Assembly: GCA_028713935.1 (NCBI GenBank)
Contig: JAQTNI010000003.1
Span: 1 to 32,000 of the forward strand
Length of the DNA: 32,000 bases
Source: Candidatus Iainarchaeum sp.
GTDB taxonomy: Archaea; Iainarchaeota; Iainarchaeia; Iainarchaeales; GCA-2688035
Reading direction: 5' to 3'
Position numbers and translations under genes: made by a program. Position 1 is the stretch's first letter; each line of letters opens with the position of its first letter. Below, piece after piece: positions 1 to 8,003 of this stretch. The notes beneath the pieces were generated by a model. The model was not told where the DNA came from, searched no databases, and was given only the letters and a program-made list of their open reading frames with translations.

Positions 1-294
1 GTAGGTAACAGTTTCGCCTGATTTTTGTTTTTCGTGGATTTCCCTGTGGCAATTGGCACAAACCAAAATTGTTTTTTCAGCTTCGTTTAAGATTCTTTTC
101 CAGCCGCGATTATAAATTTTTGAAATCTGGCCTTCTTTGCTTGAATCTTTGTGGTGAAATTCAAGTGCAGTAATACACTTTGCATAACCGCAAAGCGAGC
201 ATTTGCCGCCTTTGAGTTCAACCAATTTTTGCTTATATTTTCTGCGCCTTTCGGAAATATAATTTGCCACTTTCTTTTTGTCTTTCCACGTCAT
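1..294 (-). CDS. HNH endonuclease family protein, N-terminal 98 codons (continues past the left edge; absent from the ORF track because no stop lies in the window)
   Basis: ATG at 294-292. My translation is MTWKDKKKVANYISERRRKYKQKLVELKGGKCSLCGYAKCITALEFHHKDSSKEGQISKIYNRGWKRILNEAEKTILVCANCHREIHEKQKSGETVTY. It shows the CxxC ... HH ... CxNCHxxxH spacing of HNH (His-Me finger) nucleases. Confidence 0.75.
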   Translation of the reverse strand, partial: MTWKDKKKVANYISERRRKYKQKLVELKGGKCSLCGYAKCITALEFHHKDSSKEGQISKIYNRGWKRILNEAEKTILVCANCHREIHEKQKSGETVTY

Positions 295-302
295 TCAAAT
301 CA

Positions 303-333
303 ACGGGCGCTCTACCTACTGAGCTACTTGGGC
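303..333 (-). tRNA. tRNA 5'-half-like fragment (acceptor 5' strand, D-arm and 5' strand of the anticodon stem only)
   Basis: Reverse complement 333->303 reads GCCCAAG TA GCTC AGTAGGTA GAGC G CCCGT, a canonical cloverleaf 5' half. What follows is TGATTTGA-ATG(HNH). No ACGGG stem partner, T-arm or CTTGGGC acceptor strand occurs in the remaining 302 nt. Confidence 0.5.
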
Positions 334-614
334 ATAAATTATCCAAGCTCACTAAGTAATTATTTGCTTAAAGTTTATTAAGCTTTGTTGAGCCTGTTTT
401 TTCTGGTTTGCACAGGCTACATTAAAAAAAAGGAAAATTAAAAACCTTTGAAATAAAAATGCAAAATTATTTTCAAAACCATTTAACATTTTCTCGCAAG
501 AAAATTTTAATTTGATATTAATACCCTGCCAATAAAAATAATTTTTTTAAGCCTTAAAAACAATCAAAAAAAACAGCCCTAAAATCGCTCAAAAGCGTTC
601 AATTTTCCTTTTTT

Positions 615-727
615 TGTTGTTTTGCCAATCATAAACCGACTTTTTTTAATTTAAAGCAATTTTAACACTTTTTCCATAAAAATTGATTAAATTGGGTTAT
701 TTTTGGCAATAATTGGCAAAAACATTG
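615..727. repeat. Inverted copies of ATTGGCAAAA(A)CA flanking an A/T-rich spacer, inside a roughly 490-bp ORF-free AT-rich region
   Basis: 615-629 tgttgttttgccaat is the reverse complement of ATTGGCAAAACAACA. 712-727 reads ATTGGCAAAAACATTG. Related cores are TGCCAAT at 527-533 and TTGGCAAT at 703-710. Confidence 0.55.
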
Positions 728-871
728 TTTTTTCGGTTGTTTGCTGATTTTTTTTTAAAAGAAGCGTAATTTGGGCTTTATACATAAAATGGAACATATA
801 TTAATGAGTTTAGGCGTATTATATACAACTATTTTTTTTCTTATTTTGCGTAAAAAATAGGAAAAAAAGGG

Positions 872-1951
872 GTGATATTTTTGAAGACTCTAATAGAAAG
901 CGCAGTAACCAAATCTGCGAAAGCAACTGAAGACGACAAGATTGAAGAATTCGGAACCCCAAAAATCATGGTAATAGGGGTCGGCGGAGCAGGATGCAAC
1001 GCTGTTAACAGAATTGCAAACATGGGAATTGCGGGAGCACAGCTTGTTGCAGTAAACACTGACAAACAGCACCTTGCAATCATAAACGATGAATTGACAA
1101 AAATCCTTATTGGAAAAAGCGTTACAAGAGGATTGGGAGCAGGCGGCTATCCTGAAATCGGAGCAAAAGCAGCTGAAGTCAGCAGGTCAGCACTTGAAGA
1201 AGTATTGTCACACGTTGACATGCTTTTCCTCAGCGCAGGAATGGGCGGAGGAACAGGAACAGGAGCAGCCCCAATAATCGCACAAATTGCAAAAGAACAA
1301 GGCGCAATTGTAATCGCAATGGTAACATACCCTTTTGCACTTGAAAAAGCAAGGCTTGTAAAAGCAGAAGAAGGAATTGAAGCATTAAGGTCCTGCACAG
1401 ACACTGTAGTTGTAATCGACAACAACAGACTGGTTGAATTGGTTCCTAATCTGCCAATACAGGACGCATTCAAAGTTGCGGATGAAGTCACAGCAAGAAC
1501 AGTGAGAGGAATAACAGAAACAATCACACAGCCATCACTGATAAACCTGGATTATGCAGATGTAAGAAGCGTAATGTCAAACCAGGGCCTTTCAGTAATC
1601 GCAGTGGGAGAAAGCAAATCAGTTGACAGAGTCAATGAAGTTGTTGAAGACACACTGAAAAACGCTTTGCTTGATGTTGACATCACAGGCGCAACAGGCG
1701 CATTGATTCACATTACAGGCGGGCCGGAACTGACTTTGGGAGAAGCAAACTCTGTCGGAGAAATGCTGACAGAAAAAGTCGACCCAAGGGCAGTAGTAAT
1801 CTGGGGAGCAAGAGTGGACCCAACATTCGAAAACAAGATTGAAGTAATAACAATCTTCACAGGAGTCCACAGCCCATACATCAGAGGATCAGAAAGCGCA
1901 AAAGCGGCAATGGGCAAAGGCAGAACAGGCCTCGGATTAGACTCTCTGTAA
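872..1951 (+). CDS. ftsZ: Cell division GTPase FtsZ
   Basis: Tubulin/FtsZ motifs GVGGAGCNAVNRI, GLGAGGYPEIGAKAAE and GMGGGTGTGAAPIIA. GTG at 872 or TTG at 881, preceded by AAGGGGTGAT (SD-like), so the start is ambiguous by 3 codons. Confidence 0.95.
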   Translation: MIFLKTLIESAVTKSAKATEDDKIEEFGTPKIMVIGVGGAGCNAVNRIANMGIAGAQLVAVNTDKQHLAIINDELTKILIGKSVTRGLGAGGYPEIGAKAAEVSRSALEEVLSHVDMLFLSAGMGGGTGTGAAPIIAQIAKEQGAIVIAMVTYPFALEKARLVKAEEGIEALRSCTDTVVVIDNNRLVELVPNLPIQDAFKVADEVTARTVRGITETITQPSLINLDYADVRSVMSNQGLSVIAVGESKSVDRVNEVVEDTLKNALLDVDITGATGALIHITGGPELTLGEANSVGEMLTEKVDPRAVVIWGARVDPTFENKIEVITIFTGVHSPYIRGSESAKAAMGKGRTGLGLDSL

Positions 1952-1967
1952 AATCAACATCAAATAG

Positions 1968-2014
1968 TGAGAGCAAATTTTTGCTCTCAATTTTTTCTTT
2001 TTTTTCTCTTTTTC
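1968..2014 (+). terminator. Hairpin plus T-tract terminator after ftsZ
   Basis: TGAGAGCAA-ATTT-TTGCTCTCA is a 9-bp stem (1968-1989), followed by ttttttcttttttttctcttttt. A second perfect 12-bp A/T-rich hairpin lies at 2019-2045 between the convergent ftsZ and S2P genes. Confidence 0.6.
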
Positions 2015-2111
2015 TGCCTTTTCTTTCTTTGAAAAAGAAAGAAAATGTAAGTTGCCAAAAGAAAGAAACCCTGAACTTTTGATAAACAAGCTGCCTTCTT
2101 TTTTTCTTTCC

Positions 2112-3512
2112 TTAAATAAAGAACGGCACTGCGTTCAGGATTAGCAGTGCAAGCACAAACCAGAAAAAGATTTTGCTGAGAGTTTTTTCCTTTTCTTCTT
2201 TTGAAGCTTTCCAAAAGCCAAGATAGGGCACTATTAGGGCTTTTGCTATTTTGCCGCCATCAAAAGGCTCTAACGGCAGAAAGTTTGCAATTGCAACCAA
2301 AAAGTTTAACAGAAAAAACCAGAACAAAAAGCTATAGATGAAGCTGATTGCAAAAATAAAGTAAACATAGGCCTGTGAAAATTTTGCGCCTGTTTTTAGT
2401 TTGTCTTCAACACTATAACCCTGATAACCCATTTCATCTGGCGTGATTGCAATTGTTTCCGCTGCTGAATTCTCATCTTTTTGTACTGTAAGCTGGTAAG
2501 GGTTTTTTCCAATTTCCTTGATTTTTGCTGACCAGCCATTTGCGGATTCAACTTTTATTCCATTAATTTCTTTTACAATCATTCCCGCTTCAAGCTTTCC
2601 AAAAGCAGGGCTTGGAGTGATTCTTCCGCACAGATTAATGTTCTGGTCAACACTGGAAATTGCCACACTGCCAATGTTATTGTTGTATTCCAAAAAAGAA
2701 AATGTTATTATTGAAGGGAAAACAAAAAACACAAAAAGCCCGGTTATTACTGCACAAAAAAGGTTTGCAGTTGGCCCAGCGGAAAAAACCCTTAATTGGT
2801 CCCTTTCATTTGTATGCTTTAATTGCTCTTCATCAGGCTCTACAAAAGCGCCTATTGGAAGAATTCCAAGCAATAAGAGGCCAGCGCTTTTGATTTTAAT
2901 GCGTGCTTTGCGTGCAAGCGCTCCATGCATTCCTTCATGGACAAGAAGAATAATTAAAAGAGAAATCCAGCCATGCAATGGCACTGTAACAGGGAAATTT
3001 GGCAATGAAACTCCTGGAAGGAGAGGCGCGACTCCTGGGCAGGATTTTTGGCCCGCAAGAGCGCTTGTAATCACAAATTCAGAGTAAGCCGCAAGCATTA
3101 CAACCATGAAGCCGGCAAAACCCATTACTCCAAAGCCAAGTGACATGAAAAAATTGTATTGTTCAATGAAAGGGTTTGAAAGCAATACTGAAAAGCTTAA
3201 ATTGAAAAGAACAAAAAGAATTGCAGTGCTTGCAATAAAAAGAAGAATTCTTGGGATTAACCTGAGTTTTTTTCCAACCAAAAAATCAATTGCAATTGCA
3301 CCAAAGCCAAGCACAAGCCCAATGTCAGCAAAGGCATTCAGGATTTTTTCATGCTTTGAAATTTTGTCAAGCAAAGGCAAAAAACGCGTTGTCTTCACCA
3401 TTGAGCCAATGTAAAAAGTCTGGGCTTTTGCAAATTTTTTCAGCAAAAAAGTTGTGACTACAAAAAAAGCAAGTATTCCAATTATCCAGAGTGCTATTTC
3501 AACGAGTTCCAT
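2112..3512 (-). CDS. Site-2 protease family (M50) membrane metalloprotease with internal PDZ-like segment
   Basis: HExxH in a TM helix (VHEGMHGALARK), distal NFLPLEPFDGGK motif, and multiple hydrophobic helices. Confidence 0.85.
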   Translation of the reverse strand: MELVEIALWIIGILAFFVVTTFLLKKFAKAQTFYIGSMVKTTRFLPLLDKISKHEKILNAFADIGLVLGFGAIAIDFLVGKKLRLIPRILLFIASTAILFVLFNLSFSVLLSNPFIEQYNFFMSLGFGVMGFAGFMVVMLAAYSEFVITSALAGQKSCPGVAPLLPGVSLPNFPVTVPLHGWISLLIILLVHEGMHGALARKARIKIKSAGLLLLGILPIGAFVEPDEEQLKHTNERDQLRVFSAGPTANLFCAVITGLFVFFVFPSIITFSFLEYNNNIGSVAISSVDQNINLCGRITPSPAFGKLEAGMIVKEINGIKVESANGWSAKIKEIGKNPYQLTVQKDENSAAETIAITPDEMGYQGYSVEDKLKTGAKFSQAYVYFIFAISFIYSFLFWFFLLNFLVAIANFLPLEPFDGGKIAKALIVPYLGFWKASKEEKEKTLSKIFFWFVLALLILNAVPFFI

Positions 3513-3528
3513 GCCACCACAAAAAAAG

Positions 3529-3915
3529 TCATTCCTGTTTTTCAGTTAACTTTACCTGAAGGGCTTTTTCCAGTTTTGAAATCAGTTTGTCAGAAGGCTT
3601 TATGCTTTCAGATTCAATCCTGTGCAGCAAGGAAACAGGTTCAAAAATTTTTTTTCCAAGTTCCTCAAAAGTCAGGCCCTGTTTCTGCCTTGCCATTGAA
3701 ATAATTTTTCCAAAACCTTTTTTCAAATCCAAACCCAAATCAAATGCGCCTGCTTTCCTGATTTCCATTTCCTCAAAATCAATTTTTTTTGTTTTTTGGG
3801 GAGGGGCCTCTTCAATTCCAAGGGAAGAGCACTCTTCGCAGGCAAGCATTTCAACGCCTTCAAGCAAAATCTTTTTCAAATTGCCGGAAGGCCTGCCGCA
3901 AACCTCGCAGAGCAT
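3529..3915 (-). CDS. mbf1: Archaeal MBF1-like protein (N-terminal zinc ribbon plus XRE-type HTH)
   Basis: CEVCG...CEEC zinc ribbon, then an HTH segment RQKQGLTFEELGKKIFEPVSLLHRIESE. Lies 16 nt upstream of the S2P gene on the same strand. Confidence 0.8.
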   Translation of the reverse strand: MLCEVCGRPSGNLKKILLEGVEMLACEECSSLGIEEAPPQKTKKIDFEEMEIRKAGAFDLGLDLKKGFGKIISMARQKQGLTFEELGKKIFEPVSLLHRIESESIKPSDKLISKLEKALQVKLTEKQE

Positions 3916-3975
3916 ATATCTTTAAAAAAAAGAAATTCTTAATAAAGAATTGCAATGAAAAGGAACAAGGCTAAT

Positions 3976-4329
3976 TCAATAAAATTCCAGAATATCTCCT
4001 GTTCCCATGTCCTGTTTTTCCACTCCTTCAACAGTAATGGAAACAAGCTTGCCAGCGCCCGCTTCAACAACATTTGCCCTGCGCCTTTCAATGTTCAAAA
4101 CTTTTCCTGTTTTTTCCCCTGCATTAAAAGACAGGCCTGGCTTCAAAACTCCTTCTGAAACAATTCCAACAACAACAATGCCAATTCTTGGAATCTGGTA
4201 AGAACCCCTCACTTCCAGCTTTGCAGTGCCCCTCATTGGGCCATCCCAATTGGAAGTTCCCTGTTTTGAAACAGGCTTTTCCTCGCTTTTTCCGCCAAAA
4301 ATCTTTCCAAACAAACCCACAAAAAACAC
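3976..4329 (-). CDS. Small stand-alone protein resembling translation-GTPase domain II (EF-Tu/EF-1alpha beta-barrel)
   Basis: The pattern IGIVVVGIVSEGVLKPGLSF..GEKTGKVLNIERRRANVVEAGAGKLVSITVEGVEKQDMGTGDIL mirrors the G.V..G.V..G.l..G....k.V.si.....v..A.aG..v.i.l.gv...d...GDil consensus. No G domain is present. Confidence 0.5.
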   Translation of the reverse strand: MFFVGLFGKIFGGKSEEKPVSKQGTSNWDGPMRGTAKLEVRGSYQIPRIGIVVVGIVSEGVLKPGLSFNAGEKTGKVLNIERRRANVVEAGAGKLVSITVEGVEKQDMGTGDILEFY

Positions 4330-4414
4330 CTCTCAACCTAAAATTCATTAAAATAAGTGAAAAGAAAAATAAATAACCTTATCTGAAAAAGGGTTTTTGC
4401 TGCAAAGAAGGCAA

Positions 4415-5818
4415 TTATTTAATAGCTTTAACAATTTTTTTAATATTGCTGAAATCTTTAAATAAATAATCTGGTTTTTCTTTTTTCAGCCTTTCAACTG
4501 TTTCATGGCCAGTCGCTACAGCAATTGACTTTACTCCCGCTTCTTTTGCACAAACAATGTCGCGAATAGTGTCACCTATAATATAAATATCCTCTTTTTT
4601 GAATTCGCGCCCTGTTTCTTGCTTTGCACTTTTCATTGCAATCGGAACCAATTCGCTTCTTTTGCTTGTTGCATCACCAAATGCCCCGACCTTGAAATAT
4701 TTCCAAAGCCCAACATTTTTTAGTTTTGCCTGCGCCTTATCAAAAGTATTTCCTGTAAGCAAGCCAACAACCTGTTTTTCCTCAACCAGCCTCTTAATTA
4801 ACTTTTCAACGCCACGGATTTTTTGCAATTGCACTTTTTGGATTGCTTCTAAAACAATACTTCCAATATCTTCAAGTGCAGGCAAAAAACGCGCGTCTTT
4901 TTCGGGTTCTTTTACTCCCTTGCTCTGAAGATGGTCAATTAAAATGTCCCTGTCAGTTCTTCCTTTCAAAACCACATCGTTTCTGTCTAAGTTAATGCCA
5001 AAATGCTTCTTGGCAACTGCTTTCCAATAATCAAATTCCACAGAACCAATTGGAAGCAAAATACCATCAATATCAAATAAAACCAGTTTCATTGGATTCC
5101 CTTTATCAAGCCTGCTTTTGTCACGCAATCCTTTCATCATTTCTGAAACAGAAACTTTTTTGCTTTTTGAAAGCTTTCCATACATTGACTTTGTTTTCCC
5201 GTATTGAATGCCAAATTTTGCCAGGTCTTTTTTTAATTGTTCAAAAGAGCGGAACCAAATTGCCTTCATTCCAAGCTTTTGCGCTGTTTCAATGCATTTT
5301 TCCTGGTCATCAATAAACAGGCATTCTTCAGGTTTTAACCCAAGCTTTTGAATTGCAATCTCATAAATTTCTTTTTCAGGCTTCAAAATCCCCAATTCAT
5401 GCGATAACACAAGCACTTCAAATGGCTTTAACCAGCCTTTTTTCAGATGGTTTGGAAAATTGACTGGATCTGAATTTGAAATCATTCCAAGCCTGTAATT
5501 TTTTTTCAATTTTTTTACAAGCCCTGCCATTTTTGGGTCTAGTTTCCAGTTGTTTGTCCAGAGCTTTACAAGCTGTTTTTCCTGTTCAATTGAAATCTGC
5601 ACATTAAAAATTCTCCTGAAAAATTCCTGAATAGTAATTTTGCCGCTGTTAAACATTCCATCAACAGTAACCCCTTTTTCCGCTGAAACAATTTTGCTTA
5701 TCCCAAGAACCCTAAAAGCCTTTTTTGTAAAAACAGCAAAACTGCCTTTTAGATAAACACCGCCAGCATCAAACAAAACAGCCTTAATCACCAAACCACC
5801 AAAAGAATTGTTTCTCAT
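4415..5818 (-). CDS. Tandem HAD-superfamily hydrolase fusion (two complete HAD modules)
   Basis: Module 1 has AVLFDAGGV (DxG variant), ISNSD and FIDDQ. Module 2 has LVLFDIDGIL, LLTGNT and IIGDTIRDI. ATG at 5818 is preferred over the upstream start in the track. Confidence 0.75.
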   Translation of the reverse strand: MRNNSFGGLVIKAVLFDAGGVYLKGSFAVFTKKAFRVLGISKIVSAEKGVTVDGMFNSGKITIQEFFRRIFNVQISIEQEKQLVKLWTNNWKLDPKMAGLVKKLKKNYRLGMISNSDPVNFPNHLKKGWLKPFEVLVLSHELGILKPEKEIYEIAIQKLGLKPEECLFIDDQEKCIETAQKLGMKAIWFRSFEQLKKDLAKFGIQYGKTKSMYGKLSKSKKVSVSEMMKGLRDKSRLDKGNPMKLVLFDIDGILLPIGSVEFDYWKAVAKKHFGINLDRNDVVLKGRTDRDILIDHLQSKGVKEPEKDARFLPALEDIGSIVLEAIQKVQLQKIRGVEKLIKRLVEEKQVVGLLTGNTFDKAQAKLKNVGLWKYFKVGAFGDATSKRSELVPIAMKSAKQETGREFKKEDIYIIGDTIRDIVCAKEAGVKSIAVATGHETVERLKKEKPDYLFKDFSNIKKIVKAIK

Positions 5819-5872
5819 GCTTATTAACATTTTACTGAGTTTTTTGCAGGCAAGCAAAAGTTAGGCAGAGTT

Positions 5873-6229
5873 TTAAGTGCTTGCCAGTTGGATATCTAAC
5901 GAAGTATAAAGCGCTTTTAGATAAATCATTTGCTTTTCTTTGATTTTTTCTATTAAGTCGTATTTTTTCAGCAAGTTTGCGTCTCTGCTTATTGCTTCTT
6001 GTTTTCTTTTTAGTTCATAGGCTATTTCGCTTATTGTTTGCCTCTCGGCCTGGTGCTTAATTAGATGCCTGAGAAGTTCAAATCTTTTTGGCGAAAGAAT
6101 TTTGTATAAGTCTTCAGTGGAATCCAAAAAAAGAGTGTGCGTATTTTTTTTTGCTTTTTGTGGATTGCCAAAAACAGCCCTAAGCTCTTTTTTTTTATCC
6201 GCTCCAACCATAATTATCAAATTATCCAT
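5873..6229 (-). CDS. Winged-helix DNA-binding protein, putative antitoxin partner of the upstream gene
   Basis: LSPKRFELLRHLIKHQAERQTISEIAYELKRKQEAISRDANLLKKYDLIE is a wHTH. The N-terminal region ending in FLDSTEDLYKILSPKR resembles COG4190/HVO_A0114-type regulators, from my recollection of that family. Confidence 0.6.
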   Translation of the reverse strand: MDNLIIMVGADKKKELRAVFGNPQKAKKNTHTLFLDSTEDLYKILSPKRFELLRHLIKHQAERQTISEIAYELKRKQEAISRDANLLKKYDLIEKIKEKQMIYLKALYTSLDIQLAST

Positions 6230-6269
6230 TTTTATCCCCTTGAATTTTAAATCAATTGTCTATTAATAT

Positions 6270-6288
6270 TATAACCCCATAGGTTATA
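6270..6288. promoter_or_regulatory. 7-bp inverted repeat TATAACC-n5-GGTTATA between the toxin-like and HTH genes (possible operator)
   Basis: tataaccccataggttata read directly from the sequence. Lies 41 nt upstream of the ATG at 6229. Confidence 0.3.
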
Positions 6289-6316
6289 TAAATAGTTTGT
6301 TGTGTTTTAATGCCCC

Positions 6317-6718
6317 CTATTTTTCCTTGAATTTTGCCAGATATTGCCTCCAATTTTTTTCTATATTGCCAACAAATTCTTGCATTGTATCATAACTCAT
6401 TTTTTTATTCAACTTTTTCTTTTCGTGATGATTGTAGAAAAACTGGTGCACATGCACTTCTTCCCGGGCTGAACAATCGTAACGTACTATTTCCTTTGGC
6501 TTCTCGCCAATTATCAGGCAATAGCTTACTGAAAACTCTTCCAGGTTTTTGCCATCTGAAGTGAAAACAAAGCGAATAAAGACCTGGTTCTTTTTTTCCT
6601 TGTCAAGATACCAACTGTAACTTAGTTGCCTTTCCTTTTCAACCATGCAAAAAACCAGCCATTGATTATTCTCCAACAATGGCGTAGTTTCTTTTAATGG
6701 TTTGTGTTGTTCCGACAA
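6317..6718 (-). CDS. DUF6516/TumE-like protein (putative toxin of a type II TA pair)
   Basis: The core IVRYDCSAREEVHVHQFFYNHHEKKKL ... MSYDTMQEFVGNIEKNW matches my memory of the R-Y-D-n..H.H...... pattern of that family. TTG start. Gene pairing with a wHTH protein. Confidence 0.45.
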   Translation of the reverse strand: MSEQHKPLKETTPLLENNQWLVFCMVEKERQLSYSWYLDKEKKNQVFIRFVFTSDGKNLEEFSVSYCLIIGEKPKEIVRYDCSAREEVHVHQFFYNHHEKKKLNKKMSYDTMQEFVGNIEKNWRQYLAKFKEK

Positions 6719-6924
6719 TCAGCGATTAGCCTTGGCGATTCCGTTTTTGCCTTCACTAGAAAGAATCAGAAGTTATAACCACGCCTAAGCATTGGCACGT
6801 TTATTGCTGTTTCCCTACTCCAGTTATATAGCAACCCAATTTAAACTTTTAGCAGGAGATTGTGTATTGACAAATTGTTGAAGAAATGCCAGAACAAAAA
6901 GGGAAGTGATAAATCATACCGCCA

Positions 6925-7263
6925 TTGGGAAAACTATTGCCAATTACAGTTGGAAGTGCAATCTGTTGGTTTGCTGTTTTGATTTTACTACTTATCTATG
7001 CCTCTGGCGCATTTGAGTTCAAAGTTTTATTGCCTATCGGCTTCCTTTTCTTCTTAGGCATTTTCTTTTGGATTGACGACGACTTGCACAAAAAAACCCA
7101 ACTGCGGGAAAAACCCAGCGTCCACGAAAGGATATTTTATGAAAAAAACAGAAACGAAGCGCTGGGCAGGGCAGAAGTTCAAAAATATATAATCGCTGCT
7201 ATCGCTCTTGGCTTTTTATTATTGACAATCATAGTTTATGCCCCAAAAATTCCGTTCAATTAA
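6925..7263 (+). CDS. Small membrane protein (about 3 TM), function unknown
   Basis: Hydrophobic helices AICWFAVLILLLIYA, LLPIGFLFFLGIFFWI and IIAAIALGFLLLTIIVY. TTG start. First gene of a tightly spaced operon. Confidence 0.5.
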   Translation: MGKLLPITVGSAICWFAVLILLLIYASGAFEFKVLLPIGFLFFLGIFFWIDDDLHKKTQLREKPSVHERIFYEKNRNEALGRAEVQKYIIAAIALGFLLLTIIVYAPKIPFN

Positions 7264-7288
7264 CAAAAAAATTTGTAAGTGATTTTTT

Positions 7289-7588
7289 ATGGGAGTAGGA
7301 ACAAAACAAATACAAGAAATGGAAAAACAAAACAAAATATTGCTTGAAACAAATGCCAAAAACGAGAAACAATGGAGCTTTGAACAATTATTGCTAATGT
7401 ACCTTGCGCTTCTGGCGGCAGTTTTTGGAATTGTTGCAGGATTAGCACAAGCCACATTTACAAAAACCCTTGAATTGTACCCTTCTCTTGTTTTTGTTTT
7501 CTTGGGCGGGTTGGCAATTACAATTATTGTATTGGCAATCGCCTTGAAAAAAATAGCCAAAGAAATAGACAAATTTTTTAAAGTGTGA
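7289..7588 (+). CDS. Small membrane protein (2 TM), function unknown
   Basis: Helices LLLMYLALLAAVFGIVAGLA and LVFVFLGGLAITIIVLAIAL. Starts 25 nt after the previous stop. Confidence 0.5.
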   Translation: MGVGTKQIQEMEKQNKILLETNAKNEKQWSFEQLLLMYLALLAAVFGIVAGLAQATFTKTLELYPSLVFVFLGGLAITIIVLAIALKKIAKEIDKFFKV

Positions 7589-7595
7589 TTTTTGA

Positions 7596-7994
7596 ATGCA
7601 AAAAACTGGAAAAGGCGCAGAAATTGAAATCATAACGCAATGGCTAAAACAAGCAAAAAAACAGTTTCCTCAAAACAAAGGCTGGAAAATAATGTCTTCT
7701 GAATCATACGCAGGGAATATTGTGGGTACAAAGGGTTACCCTGACTTTATGATTTTCAACAAAAAAACAAAAGAACTGGTTTTCATAGAATTAAAAGCCA
7801 AGACGCATGGTTATCATTCCTTTCAGAAACAAACAATAAAAGTGCTGATGACTGCACGTAAAAAGAAAGCAAAACTCATAACTTTTGACTGGAATGAAAA
7901 AAAGAAAAAATATTCCAAATTACATGAGGAAGATGCACTAAAAGTAGAACCAGATGGAAACTACGAACGTGCAGAGAACATTGGTTTTTTGTGA
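7596..7994 (+). CDS. PD-(D/E)XK nuclease of the VRR-NUC / Hjc-like type
   Basis: GYPDFMIF ... ELVFIELKAK ... FQKQ gives the G-x-P-D ... (I/V)-E-x-K ... Q signature. Starts 7 nt after the previous stop. Confidence 0.6.
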   Translation: MQKTGKGAEIEIITQWLKQAKKQFPQNKGWKIMSSESYAGNIVGTKGYPDFMIFNKKTKELVFIELKAKTHGYHSFQKQTIKVLMTARKKKAKLITFDWNEKKKKYSKLHEEDALKVEPDGNYERAENIGFL

Positions 7995-8003
7995 GGAAAA
8001 AAA

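Noticed and set aside
151-381. A 76-codon plus-strand ORF at the left edge.
   Set aside because: It overlaps both the HNH ORF, which has clear CxxC/HH/CxxCH motifs on the minus strand, and the tRNA-like fragment. It has no recognisable features.
6748-6760. tgccttcactaga resembles the tRNA-Glu 3' end tgccctcactggg (11152-11164) in direct orientation, at the left side of the accessory island. It is a possible att remnant.
   Set aside because: Only 10 of 13 bases match and the similarity stops immediately. Such a match is expected by chance in 32 kb, and no integrase is present. I mention it only as a place to look if related genomes show an empty site.
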